The notes beneath the pieces are model-generated. The model saw only the letters and a list, made by a program, of their open reading frames with translations, was not told the DNA's origin and did no database searches. From Octopus vulgaris (taxonomy: Eukaryota), in assembly GCA_951406725.2 (NCBI GenBank), contig OX597831.1:62620001-62684000 (forward strand): 64,000 nt of DNA, in the 5' to 3' direction. Made by a program: the position numbers and the translations under genes. Of the stretch, positions 38,012 to 51,674 are shown one piece after another. Each line of letters begins with the position of its first letter. Position 1 is the first letter of the stretch.

Positions 38012-38559
38012 CTATATACGTATACCCCCAAATAGATACATGTACTTACACATATGCACAACATTAATATACGCACTAGTATGCGTCTGGCGTGTTGAAT
38101 ATATACAATTACATAAATAAATGATTGATATATTTGGGGAGAAAATGTATAGGTTATTACAGTTTAAAATAAGTTGAAACAAAATGAAATCAAAATTAAA
38201 GTACAAATACATTATACTACGTAAAGTGAGTATATATAAGTGGGTTTTGCTTCACCCTTGTAAGTCTAACTAGGTCTGTTCTACAAGACAATGTACACAC
38301 AACAATAAAACAATAAAACAGAAATCTTTCCAACATTAAATAGAGTATATATAAAATACTATTAATGTTAATAATAATGAGAACGTTGGTTATCTATAAA
38401 AATACATGGACAATGGACGAGCGAAGGGTTTTCTTTTCTGGGTATACGTTTGAAATTTCGTTAAAAGATTTGGTAGCAAAAGGAGGGGTGCATTTTAAGT
38501 GTTAGATAGTTTATAGATAGTTGAAGGATTTTCGATGGGGTCTATTTATTGATGAAATA

Positions 38560-40750
38560 AAATGAGTTTAAATAAAATTTATGCGTGGTGATATATGATA
38601 GATGTAAATCAATATGAGAGAACACAAATACCAGTTTCTGCTATCAGTAAGGAAGTCTTTGTTTGGTGATCCTATACTTAGAAGCGTGTCTGTAGCAATT
38701 CAAGAGTTCTGATCTTCGGTTTCAGGCGTTTTTCTCCTGGATGAGGATGAAGAATTTCTCACTCATACATATTACATATCATTGAACTTCTGTGTACTCC
38801 GTATCTCTATGTGGATGCTTTTTCTAAAACGGAACAATAAATTTCGAAAGGAGAGAATTCTCCTTCATTTAACTACCATATATATTTAGCCAGACTCGTT
38901 ACAGTTCTATTCACCGGATTCCTGCAGCAATTTCTGCGGGAATAAAGCTTGGTTTTTGAAGAAATTTTACGTGGCACCTGTGTTATCCATTTGGACTTTG
39001 ATACAATAGACAATTCCTTTCACCACGCAATTTCCTTCTAAAGGAGAGCGACTTAGATCTTTGATGTTGCATTTAGTTTCATAATTTATTGGTCTTTGCA
39101 GTATGTTGGTTGATTAAAGAGGCGAAGTTCTTACGTTCTCCTCTTAAAAAATTCTATGGTATCTGTGGTTTACTTGGAATGTTTGGAATCTAATGTTAAA
39201 AATTACTTACCTATATTAGTTTTTTACGGCGATATCGAAGGTTGGATTAAACCACAAAACTTTCCTGGTTCTAGTACTGCGTGTCTATCAAGGGTATTTT
39301 CGTTCTGAATTTTCTGAATTTTTTGAATTTTCTGAATATACTGAATTTTCTCCAATAATCCTCTATTTCTTAATACGTCATTATATTACGGCATGACATT
39401 CTGAAACGCTGTCTCGTTCGAAGAAATTGATGATATGCGCCTTCCTATATTGCTAGCTATATACTTAAAGAGTACAAGTGGGTGATTGGATATTTTGTTA
39501 ATATAACATAGCTTTTCATTAGGCTTACGGTTGCGTTTAAATTTATTTAATTGTAAATCTAATCTAATGTCTAATAAGTCTCCGCTATTTAGTATTGTTT
39601 CTATTATGATTTGTAAACACATTCTTAGGAAGAAAGTTATAAGATCTTTTCTGAGCCTGGCGGGCTCATGCCTGTTCACATTACGGGTGACTATAAGGCC
39701 ATCCCTATATAACCCTGCATCTATAAAAATAAATTCTAGATACAGGTTGTGCACAATATAGGCACCTATTAGCATGCATAATTATGCTCCGTCGCACGTA
39801 CCTATCGGGGCATCAAATAAAGGCTCCTCACTCTTTTTCCCCCAGGTGTTGTTGTGATAAAAGAGAAGAGATTTCCTGGCACGATCATACCGATATCCGA
39901 AATGTCGATGTTTACGTATTCTTTGACAAAATCTGGTACCTTAAGAAGTAGAGTTTTCGATACAGATGGGTAAATGTCTCTTTACATCGAAATGTGTAAA
40001 TTTACATTTGTCTTTATGATTAATGCCCTTAAACGTGTCTACAACAGATTTACTATTGCTCCAAATCCATAAATCTAATTCTCTACTAAACTGATTTTGA
40101 ACAGAATAAAATATACTTATGCTAACAATTCCTATTTCCGTTTTAGCTGGGTTACTTAGTCTGTATTTTATTACCCTATAAGGGTAATAAAGGGCTGAGG
40201 TGGGGAAGGTATTCAGTCTTATCGCTAACGTTATGTTTGGTAGCGATTCTTCTTGCTTCGATATTCACCTCTTTATATAAGTTACTATTTGTTTTTTATA
40301 TGTGTTTATAATACTATTTGAGAGAAGTCTGTAGTAAAGGTATTTTTCTACTGCGTATGATTTTTTTGCCTTGTCAAACCTCACGAAAATTTTATCTGGA
40401 CTCCTAATATGTTTAATTTTGTCGTTCATAGTTCTCTGGAGTGTATTACTTATTTTACGAAATTTAATCTTTCTAACGACTTCAAAGAAGTCCTTTTCGA
40501 AAGGGTTTAATTCCGAGATTAGTGGCGGGGTTTTCCTATATTTGAGCCCATATACATATAAATTTAATCTGGGTAATAATCTTTGCTAGTCAAATCTTCT
40601 CTCCAGTTTTTAACCGCCAGCTATTGTTATACACAAGAACTTCTATCATTGGATATACATGTTTAAATCTGCATATATCCGTACGGAATGAACATCTTTT
40701 ATTACATATCACTACAGTTATTCCAACAATTCACTCTCAAGTATTTAATT
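38560..40750 (-). pseudogene. Degenerate, near full-length Penelope-like (Naiad-like) RT-GIY-YIG element of a different, older family
   Basis: Fragments across stops and frameshifts: KYRLSNPAKTEIG, IWSNSKSVVDTF, FTHFDV, FDAPIGTCDGA, GLYRDGL, LLDIRLDL, RKPNEKLCYINKISNHP, RKVLWFNP, KCNIKDLSRSPLEGNCVVKGIVYCIK, CNVCMSEKF. Boundaries approximate. Confidence 0.85.
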
Positions 40751-41380
40751 TCTGAACTTTACTGAACTTTACAAATATTATGCGCGATATTGTATTAATA
40801 TGAGTCAACAACAGTTGCCTGCATGCGCATACTCTGGTGACCACAGTCAAAGCACTGTTATATCGTCCTTAGTTTCTCCATACTTTATGCGCATACCAAA
40901 ATGCTATTTTTAGAATTCCTCTGACAAACAGGAACAAATAAATACAAAGAGATACAAATGAGAAATATCAACAAAAATATACTAAGGGAAGTACAAAACA
41001 AGAATTAAAGAAAACGCATATTTATTCGATCTTTAACCATAGGCTTGTCTGGAAATTTAGGAAAATAAAAAGAACATTTAAAGGTAAGATTGTCAGAAAA
41101 GGATAGACTTCAACAATTATCTGCCGCCTATGTATTTTTCCGTTCCACTTCAAAGTAAACCCAGTGACATATGTTCATTTCCTTGACCCAAAATCTACTC
41201 CCATATAGACTTTATTTTATATATATATGTTATCACTACAACAGACGTTACCTTATCGGTTGTCGTTACCTTATGCATATACACCTATATATATATATAC
41301 ATGCATATGGATTTATTCAACACTATTGTACATACATCAGTATATCTATCTATCTATCTATTTATCTATCTATCTATCTG

Positions 41381-41456
<76 letters not shown>

Positions 41457-41470
41457 TCTATCTATATATC

Positions 41471-41517
<47 letters not shown>

Positions 41518-42680
41518 AAACATACACTCGCACTCGCACATTTATTTACACTCGCACATTTATTTTCGTAAATGTGTACCTATCTATGATACTCTACTTA
41601 TGAATCAAAACCATACTCATATATTTATACATTCTCCTATTTATAACCATTCACCTCTTTAGCCTTTGCCTGGTTTTAATAAATTCGAAAGAAATTCACC
41701 GTATTCTTTACTAAGCAATTAGTTGTAGTTAGATTAACTTATTCTATTCACTATCAGCGTTTTCAGCATAAACTGTCAGAGAATTTGATCGAGAACATCA
41801 CCGATTCGACACACATGCTTGATTAAAATAGTATAAATTTTGTATATAATAAGACAGCCAAAACCTTGCTGTACCCTTTTCAACTCATCTTAATTCAACT
41901 ACAATTCAAAATCACGCACAATGAATAATTTACAGGTAATTGTAAGCAATTGGAAACAAATTCTCAACACACCACGTTTATCGGTTACAGAGAGCTAAAG
42001 AGGGTCCAAAGTCAACGTGAAACAATTTTCAATGACGTAGGACCGCCCATTTTGTGTTTCGTTCTTAATAAAGAAGACTAGTTGTACAATGCTGATAACA
42101 ATTTCTTAACCTTGTTTCCGAAGAAGGTTGATTACCTGTCATTGAAAATATTTTCAACCATTCTGTGTAACTTTTCTTGCAGTTCTCAATGTTATGTCTC
42201 TCTCTGATTTTACATGCGTAATTTTAGATTGCATATTGTGTGTTAGACATGTGACTAATGCCTATTAGTAGCCGTAAAGCTGCTATTAGCTATCGCAGCT
42301 GGTGGAGAAGTGCTTACAATTCCAAGGACTGAAAAGATCGCAAACACTGCACATGAGTAGGATGGTTTTAATATTTCATTTGTTTTGTTGTTAGGTTTTA
42401 AGAAACATTCTCTACTTGAACGGCCTCAGCTATGAATTTCGTACACTTAATTTGAGAATCGATTGCAAATTCACTCCGATTGTAAAGAATTCATGAGTTG
42501 TGTCTGAATATACTCTGATTTCATAAAATAAGTTATCTATCATATACAAGATTGTATTATTTATGAGTGTATGAGTACGTACGTGGATATATGTATATGT
42601 ATATGGACAATATGTATTTACGCGCCTGTGTGTGTGTGCGCGCACGTATAAATATACATATATATATATATATATTTGAA

Positions 42681-42897
42681 GGTGGCGAGCTGGTAGACAC
42701 GTTAGCGCGCCGGGCTAAATGCTGAGCGGTATTTCGTCTGGCGTTACGTTCTGTGTTCAAATTCCGCCGAGGTCGAATTTGCCTTTCATTCTTTCGGGGT
42801 CGATAAATAAAGTACCAATTTCGCACTGGGATCAATGTAATCGACTTAATCCGTTTGTCCTCTCTATGTTTAGCCTCTTGTGGGCAATAAAGAAATA
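42681..42897 (+). mobile_element. SINE family B, full-length copy
   Basis: GGCGAGCTGG head, B-box GTTCAAATTCC, core GCCTTTCAT.CTTTCGGGGTCGATAAATAAAGTACC. Several other copies in the window. Confidence 0.8.
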
Positions 42898-43939
42898 TAT
42901 ATATATATACGTATATATATATATATATACGTGTATATATATATGTATGTATATATATATGTATATATATATATTTACTTATATATTTATATACGGGTTT
43001 GTGTATGTACAGAAGCATGCACACACAGACGAGGACATGCACACACGCTTACACTCACATGCTACAAAAGAGGAAAACAAAGAAAACACGAAGAAGGGGT
43101 TGAAAGAACCGAAGGTTTGTATTCACTCAGAAAAGATAGAAGGCAAAGTCTTTCTCGTTTTGTGTATACGTTCTTCTACAGGCAGAATATATGAAGATAG
43201 AAAAATGGAGAGAAAAGACGAACATGTATCTCAATTAGACGGTCACTGCATATGCGCACATATGAGCACAGATCTACAATATTGACATAAATGGAAGTGT
43301 GTGTAGGAGAATATCTCCAAAAAGCGACACATTTTGAGGGCAAGAGATACAGATCGGTGAGGATTATATTGTTTATTCGAATCTCTGGCCTATTCGACGA
43401 ATTACTAGTTTCATGTAAAGGAGAGAAAATACGAGGCATTAAAATCTTACTTTAACAACCTGCAACGTGTAAAAACGTGACGCTGTGTAGGCAAATCCAG
43501 CGTTCATATTTCGAAAAGATTACATCCTTAAACTCTCAATATAAACTTGTTTTCGCTACCTTTTCTTTAAACTTTATGAAGTCAGAACGCTTCCTTGGAA
43601 TAAACGGAAAAATTGTCTATAGTGTTGATAAGATTACTACATGCAGCAAAGAAAGATGAATGCCAGAACGAAAATGAAAGCGTCAATCATTGCTTCTATA
43701 CAGATTCCATCTCTTCAACACTTATGATCGATACTATGTTCGTGAGAAATTTCCATTAGTACAACTGCGGATGTTTGATTGATATTTAGATATGTCGATA
43801 TGGTTTTAAGTGATAATCTTAATCTTACTATATGTATTTGTTATAGCAACAACGTGCACACATTCACATGTGTGTATGTATGTATATGTGTGTGCATTTG
43901 CGTATGGGTTAGTATATGCATTTATATATTATATATACG

Positions 43940-43993
<54 letters not shown>

Positions 43994-44294
43994 ATGGGCG
44001 TGTGTCTGTGTGTGAGCGACAGGAAGAAATACAAGCATAGATAGATTGATGTAAGGAATTTACGTCGAAATATGCGAAAGAAAACTTAATATGAAAGTGT
44101 ATGCATGAAACATAATCACTTTGATTCCCTACTATTATCTCTATGTATCCTGTATCCTTATACATACCTATACATTCATTCGGTCATACATACACACATA
44201 CGTTTCATATATATACATGTATATATATATATATTTGTAGTTATTTATCTATTTATTTATTTATATATATATTTATATATGTGTATATATATTT

Positions 44295-44412
<118 letters not shown>

Positions 44413-44789
44413 TCAAGATGAGGGTGAAAAATTGGATATTAAGTTGATAACATCAATTTTAACACCAGTGGTCTAGCATATAAAAAAACTGAGATTCAGT
44501 AAATAGTATTTCATACATAAATATAAGCGGGAATATGTTTATAACCACTATGTGGATACCCTTACGCTAGAAGAAGATCGGCTATGGTCTTAACCACTAA
44601 GAATTATTCTCCACAAAAACATTTAGCACACCAGAAACGTAAGCGAGCAAGACAGATGAAAAGTAACAAAAATATAGATTAATCATAAACAATTGTTTCA
44701 CTATCAACTAATTACGTAATTCTACTTACATAATTTATCTGTAGGTCCTCATATATATATATAGTTTCAGTCCGAACACTAAGGCCATG

Positions 44790-45243
44790 CTGGGGTACAG
44801 CCATTTACTTTGCTCTCCTCAGCTTTCCAGTTTCGTTTTGAAAACGCCTACATTCGCGCGATGCAGGTTTCTCGGGATTGGAGGGAGGATATTCAATAGC
44901 CGTGGCCATTTGAAGCCCAAGCTGTTACAGTATCTAGCCCTGCAGCCTGATGGCAATTTGAGGATTTTTGGCATGATTCGGTGTCCCGTCCTGCTGTTTG
45001 TGTAACTGAAAATACTGAAGATTAGTACGAGATTTTCAAGGATTTTCCAGATTTATATCACTGCATGTATTTCTCACCTTCGTTCTAGGGCGTAGTGACA
45101 TAACTCTTTCAGTCTCTCCCAGTAGCTGATATGTCGCATTGTATGGATATTCTTTGTATAGCTCCTCTGGATCGCTTCGATTTCCCTCTTTAATTTTACG
45201 ATGTTTGCTAACCACAGTTGGGAGCAGTAATCTAGACGGCTGA
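44790..45243 (-). mobile_element. CR1/L2-group LINE ORF2 C-terminal remnant
   Basis: SRLDYCSQLW....IEAIQRSYTKNI....SYWERLKELCHYALERR. Confidence 0.78.
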
Positions 45244-45337
45244 AGACACACACAGACGTACTCACAAACACACCTCTACATGCGCACACACACATATCCT
45301 CTTTCTCACACACACACACACACACACACATACACAT

Positions 45338-45382
<45 letters not shown>

Positions 45383-45884
45383 AAACCATATATACCATTA
45401 TAATTTATTCTTGACTATATGCTGAAAGGAAACACGAAATCTTCGAACTACATTAAATATCATCACCATTATTACATACGCGTCGAAATCGATGGAGCAA
45501 TCCCACGGAAATTTATAAGATTGGCCAATTTCAAGATTAACCCAATGGTTTTTCCTTCATCAGCAGAGAAGACATACGAAATAAATGAAATACTTACACA
45601 TACCCACGGAAAAGTGGCTGCAGTGTCATGAATGCATATATTACCCCAAATTTATCCATATCGAATTCCATTGCAGCCTCGACGCTTGTGTAACCCGTGA
45701 AGAACAGAATATAAATGGCTAGAGTGTCTCGAAGTGAAAAGGGATCAATTCAATTATAAAATAAAAATTATAAAATTGTTAAGAATTTTATCAGTGGCCA
45801 GCAAATAAAATTATAGCACTATTCAGCATATAGGCAAGAATATTTTTATATTCCCTTGATTATAATTGTAACACACGAAAATAA

Positions 45885-46160
45885 AGAGCTTTTGGTTCGT
45901 GTCCCATGCATACGAAAACCCTACGTTTAAAATCGGGGGCTTATAGCCCCGATATTAGACTTTTTCTGGCTACTCGACTAGAAGAAAATTCTAACTGGGC
46001 CCCATTTGAAATGTCATGTGCTGTTTATCTTGATATGAGATCATCACGACACGCACATATGGTTGTGATGCATGTGCCTAGAGTACCCTTATCAGGCGAG
46101 TAGTCATGATGGGTTTTTATCCCAGTGTCACTTTGACGGCATGCACTGCTCTCTCACTCA
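45885..46160 (+). mobile_element. Retroposon 3' end/SINE-like repeat terminating in (ATT)n tail
   Basis: More GC-rich block with hairpin ATCGGGGGCTTATAGCCCCGAT, running directly into a long (ATT)n. Family not identified. Confidence 0.4.
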
Positions 46161-46161
46161 A

Positions 46162-46252
<91 letters not shown>

Positions 46253-46455
46253 GTTATTGTTATTATTATTATTATCATTATTATTATTATTATTATTATT
46301 AATATTATCATTATTAATAATAATAATAATAATAATAATGATGATGATGATGATGATGATAATGATAATAATGATGATGATGATAATGATAATAATTACA
46401 ATTGTTATTGTTATCATTGCTATTATTATTATTATTATGATAATTATCATTATTA
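46161..46455. repeat. Compound (ATT)n/(AAT)n/(GAT)n microsatellite
   Basis: Directly visible. Confidence 0.97.
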
Positions 46456-46664
46456 TGTATAACTCTGCGCGTGGATTTGAAAGAGGAAGGGCGTGTGTTT
46501 CTGAGCTGTAAGTTTTTGTTCAATTCTCAACGATAACATTGTTGTATCTGTAAATTGTTTACGATATTTCTGTGGCCAGGCCGACTGCGCTCTTCCTGAG
46601 CTGAGTGGCCAAAATTATACAAATGGCGTTGTGATAGATTTGATAGATAGATAGATAAATAGAC

Positions 46665-46756
<92 letters not shown>

Positions 46757-47439
46757 TGATAGAGAGAGAGAGAGAGTTACAGCATCCATGAAAAGTACAT
46801 TAGGAATCAATCAACTATATGTTATTGCTTATTAACCAATCATGAAACTATAGAGGTAGTAAACTCGATAGTTTCATGATCTGTTATGTGGTGTGCACTT
46901 GATATGTCCGGAGAGGAAATGCTTTCAGAAGCAAATTTACGATCATTACTGGCATTTATCAAAGTAGCTACCCATATTTTAAAATTCTAGTCGTTGGATT
47001 CGTCGTATCTGCAAACAAATGAAGCAATGCAGGAATGCAATGGGGACAACCGGTGTAGTTTTATGAAGTGGTTGTTGGTGTTGACATTGCACTTCTTCCT
47101 CAAACATGACCCAGGCTATTTGAGGCCGGAACAACGCAAGGAGGTTCAAGTAAACTACAAGAAGTACAGGAAAATAAAACAAAACAAATTTGCAGTTTTA
47201 CTTTGTATTTCTATAAAGCAAACTATCATATATATAAATACATGAGCAGAACACCCATTCTTCTTATTGACATTTTACGTATATATATATATATAAAGTT
47301 CAGCGAAGCACATTTCTGATTAATGGACTCACGTACAAATGTCAATAGCTCATCAAAAACATGGCTAATTTAGAATTTTCGTGTTACAAGCTTTCGTTAT
47401 AAGTTCAAGTACATTATGTTCAAAGAAGGTTTATTCATA

Positions 47440-48215
47440 AAAGTGTACCTATTCTATTTTCCATTGCCGTCGTTTGTTCCAGAAGCTCAATTGCTAACAT
47501 ATCCCTCCGTACAGGAAATAAGCCATGAATTGGAAACTGGTAATCTGATGGTGTAATATTTGGACTATTGTTAGGGCGAGATAGCACTTCAAGGCCCTCG
47601 TGGTCACATTGGCTGTGTGTGCTGAGGTATTGTCATCCTGTAGAAATGCGCATATTCGATTGGCCAATACCGAATGGTCCGGCATTAAAATCATCATGTA
47701 CTCGGTGCAGTTGTTTATCATAAAGGTTAGCGTTTAGATCATGACCATGAAAGACACAACATGATCTTTTGTACCAACCGTCCTTACTTGACAACAGAAT
47801 TTGAATCCTGGTTAAACGAAGCTACACATTTCTCTCGTTACGAAAATAGATGTATTATTCATCCCGAGTTACAATTCCATAGCAAAAGAAATGAGTATCT
47901 CAATAATTTGTCAGTTGTTTTCAAATATCCACATTTCGCTGAACATGGCCATTGGTCAGTTCATCAGAAGCTTTGCGATGGCATCTGTTTACAAGATCAA
48001 ACTTATGGCTGTGTCCATTGATGGTGCTTGGTGAGGGACCAAGTTTTGCCGACAATGTCCGAATGCTTGTGCTTGTTCAACCTTATGAATATTTAGAATA
48101 AACAAATCGGCAACCTTTGGGCGACTAGTTGTATCTAATTAGTGATATAACATAGAGATACAAGCTGCCAAATGTCATGAGTGAGAATCCGAAAATATCT
48201 TTTAACTCAAACCTA
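47440..48215 (-). mobile_element. Mariner transposase remnant
   Basis: FLQDDNTSAHTANVT (cf. LLHDNARPH.A..T). Boundaries approximate. Confidence 0.55.
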
Positions 48216-48811
48216 GTATATGAATATATGTGTATGGCAATATTCGGAAATTGTCTTTAGCATCATTTACTCGCCGTATGTGCCACGCAATGCGATGAAC
48301 CCGAAGCCACCTATGTCATGATCCTAATTATTATGACACTTCGAGGATTTCGAAGCCTTAATTATTACAATATTTCGGGCATGTCTTTTATTCTGAATAG
48401 AGAGCAGAGTTTAAACAGCAAGAGAATAGAGAGAGAAAAAAATGAAATAGAATGGACAATGATGATAATTAATAAGCTTTCCTGTGGGCTATAAGAGGCA
48501 TTTTCAGATAGTTGAGTGAATACAAAGGGTGCTGTGTGTCTGTGATCATCGTTTTTGTGTAAGCGTATAGCTGTGCATACGTTTGTATGTGTGTATATAT
48601 CTCTGTGTATACGTCTATGTTCGTGTTGATCCAGGCGGTTTGACTCTTTCGATTCTACTTCTGCCAATCTAATATACCACAATCAATATTATCGCTATTA
48701 TGTTTTGATTACGTTTTACCGGTTGTCAATATGCCAATCAGTTTCAAGCTCATCTCTGTATCTACAATGTCCTAGAAAATGTGATAACTCTAACTCTGGC
48801 ATTATGAAATA

Positions 48812-49026
48812 TTGGTTTCTAGCTTTAGCACAAAACTATCAACTTCGGCGGAGGGAGTAAATCAGTTACATAGACCCCTAGTGCTCAGCTTTATCGACCT
48901 TTATCGAATCCGAAAGGATGGAAAGCATAGTCGACCTCGACAAAGTTTTAAGTCAGAACACAATGATAGACGAATGCCGCTAAAATCTTTGCCCGGTGTG
49001 CTAACGGTTCTGCCAGTTCACTACCT
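48812..49026 (-). mobile_element. SINE family B, diverged
   Basis: CGAAAGGATG..GTCGACCTCG..TCAGAAC..GCCCGGTGTGCTAACG.TTCTGCCAG. Confidence 0.68.
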
Positions 49027-50404
49027 TTATCATAATTTCCTTTAATTCTGCTACTCACTGTATTCACTTACCTTTTCATATCTTGACGTTTCTCCGTCAT
49101 CTGTTGAACTACCTTTCTCTCTCTTTGGACCCTACTTTAGGTTTCCCCCCCCAGTTCTTTGCTCGTATGTGTTGTTTTTAGTTCATATGCTTTTTTGCCA
49201 TATCACTTGCTTCTTCGAGTCAGTCACTAATTAAATCACATTACACTTTCCACCCTGTCTTGCTTACCATTACCTAAGCTGCTTTTTACAAACATTAAAA
49301 TCATGTATCCCTCTTTTGATTCTGCTTTGCAACAAAAATCCCCACAACACAAACTCACATATTTCCCATTCCCTGTAAACACCTCTTCATTCAAATCCTG
49401 CCTCTTATTTTTATTTCATTTCTAATACACCTTCGCTGTCTATTAATTCAATATCGAACTCATATTTTAGGCACGTATTCAAAAACAAATTTCTTCAGAT
49501 TAATTGCATATTTATTTAGTTGGTGCGTTCCAGCACACCTGCTGTTTTTACTCTTCACAAAGTTCTCATTATTAAGAAATATTTATATCTATTTAGACTT
49601 ATTCAGTTAAATATCATACCTGTTATATTTCATTTGACAGAATAATTTAACTTAGACACGTAGTAAAATATTAAATGAAACGCAGCGATGCAATTATTTC
49701 TTAACAGTGGTAACTACTTAAGTGAACTAAAGTAATCAATTCTATCTTTCGAATTTTAGCTACAAGGAACGCATTCATTTTACTATTGGAACAAATTGAA
49801 GTTTATTAAGTTTGTTTCAAGACGGAGAATACACCTTCATAGACAAATCTGTTACTGTACTTTTAGAAATTACTCCAAAGTGGGTGCGAATTCGTTAAAA
49901 ATTGTGATTTAATTCTCTTATATTAGCACAGCTGAAAATTATTAAGCTATTTTAACATTAGAGTTCTTCTTGTATTGGTTATTACATTTGCTGCACTTGT
50001 TGTGTGTAACTCCAACATCCGGCCGCATATTATGAGTTTTTATGTTGTTTTTTTCTACATTTTATTGAAAGGTTGGTTCGAAAGACATTCAAAACAGATA
50101 ACTTTTCTCATTAATAGTATCATAAAATGTCTAAAAGTCCATTAAGAATTTTCCTTTCTGTTACATGAAAACAGTTGTTTTTAATATTCTATTCAATTTC
50201 AGTCTGACCGAGAGGTAAACAGTAACAGTACGGAATCGTAAAATATATTTGCCAACTACATGTGGCGGTCTCATAGACGACGATGTTACTATTGCTTTTA
50301 GCCCCAGGAAGACAGCTCCTCCAGCTGGATAATGACACACTGTCTGTGTACTATTAGTATTAGCAAGGGAAGGTTATCGCTTCCATCTTTAGCCTTATGT
50401 AATA

Positions 50405-50449
50405 CTCACAGACCCGGATTTCTGTGTAGTTACCCGTCTTCAGTGTGTG
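50405..50449 (-). ncRNA. Decayed minimal type I hammerhead ribozyme
   Basis: Minus strand reads CACACA CTGAAGA CGGGT aact ACACA GAAA TCCGG GTC TGTGAG. The sister copy at 51311-51347 keeps CTGAAGA, ACCCA and the palindromic ACCCGGGT-C. Confidence 0.6.
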
Positions 50450-50472
50450 ATAATAAACAGCTACTGATGAAA

Positions 50473-51004
50473 TCTTTATTAGGATCACATAGAATAGGAA
50501 TATCGAATGGGGACATTACAAGGCAGATAAATAGAATATATTGAATGAGTTCGAATGATTATAGAAAAAAATTACTTATATATAATTTGATAAAATAATT
50601 AATTTTTAAAACTTTCCACTAGAACATTTTAAAAAATAAACAGAAGAAATAAACAATACAAAAAAGAAAGAAATGAACCCAGCAGCCTATAAGGCCCAGC
50701 ATCTCGCTTTTCCTTTTCTCAATAATTAAGCAGGGTTACTAGCACGAACCTTTTTCATCACGTCCTTCCAACGTTGCTCATATTCACTCGGCGACAGGGT
50801 CCTCCTCTCCAACTCCATCTTGCTCTTCAGGTGGTATCTGAAGTAAGATAGTAAACTGTGGTCGGAGACAAAGGGAGTCTGTCACAGAACCTTCCATTCT
50901 TTTCTCCAAACACACTCTTCCAGTACTGCAAGCGTACAGTAAAAGCAAATCTCGCCTTCCTTTGAGAGTTCAGTTGGTGGTATCATCGTTATTATAGATC
51001 CTCC
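50473..51004 (-). mobile_element. 5'-truncated Tx1/L1-clade LINE 3' end with 16-bp target-site duplication
   Basis: Minus-strand SLLSYFRYHLKSKMELERRTLSPSEYEQRWKDVMKKVR resembles the C-terminus at 59790-59920. ACAGCTACTGATGAAA is repeated at 50457-50472 and 51005-51020. AATAAA near the 3' end. Confidence 0.75.
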
Positions 51005-51674
51005 ACAGCTACTGATGAAAGCGCATTCTACTCGCAAAATGCTTTATGCTTTTACTAGCGATAAACTGTCGCTGATGTCGAAAAAGGAGAAATAAGCTAT
51101 ATTAAATCTCTGAGCGAGAGGTAAGCAGTAATAGTACGGAATCGTATAATATATTTGCCAACTAAATTTGGTGGTCCCATAGACGTCAATGTTAGTATTG
51201 TTTTTAGCCCCAGGAAGACATCTCCTCCAGCTGGCTAACGACGTACTGTCTGTGTCCGATTAATATTTGGGAGGGGAGGTCATCGCTCCCATATCTAGCC
51301 TTACTTGATACGCAGAGACCCGGGTTAGTGGGTATCTTCAGTATATGATAATTACAAGCTACTGATGAAGACTATTTCCACATCGATGACCTCCCCTTGC
51401 AAATACTAATCGAAGACAGACAGTGTGTCGTCAGACAGCTGGGAGAGATATCTTCCTGGGGCTAAAAACAACACTTGCATCTTCCTCCATGGGGCCACCA
51501 CATTTAGTTGGCAAATATATGTTGCGATTTTGTACTGTTACTGTTTACCTCTCGCTCAGAGATTTAATATACCTTATTTCTCCTTTTTTCGAGATCAGCG
51601 ACAGTTTGTCACTGGAAAAAAGCATAAAGAATATATATTGCATTTGGGGATGGCCATGTTGCTAGTTTAGCTAT

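Larger units (their letters stand above)
50204..51629. repeat. ~358-bp unit present as a tandem pair plus an inverted partial copy; contains a decayed minus-strand hammerhead
   Basis: 50204-50472 matches 51110-51370 (direct). 51042-51285 matches the reverse complement of 51384-51629. Confidence 0.85.

Noticed and set aside
46072-46523. Poly-I/Y/N/D ORFs (also 59883-60425 and the many YI/HT/CV/LSIY ORFs)
   Set aside because: Simple-repeat artefacts.
51005-51050. Plus-strand CTGATGA boxes at ~50464, 51012 and 51362 as hammerhead cores
   Set aside because: No intact GAAA box or helices downstream. Two of the three are simply the TSD.
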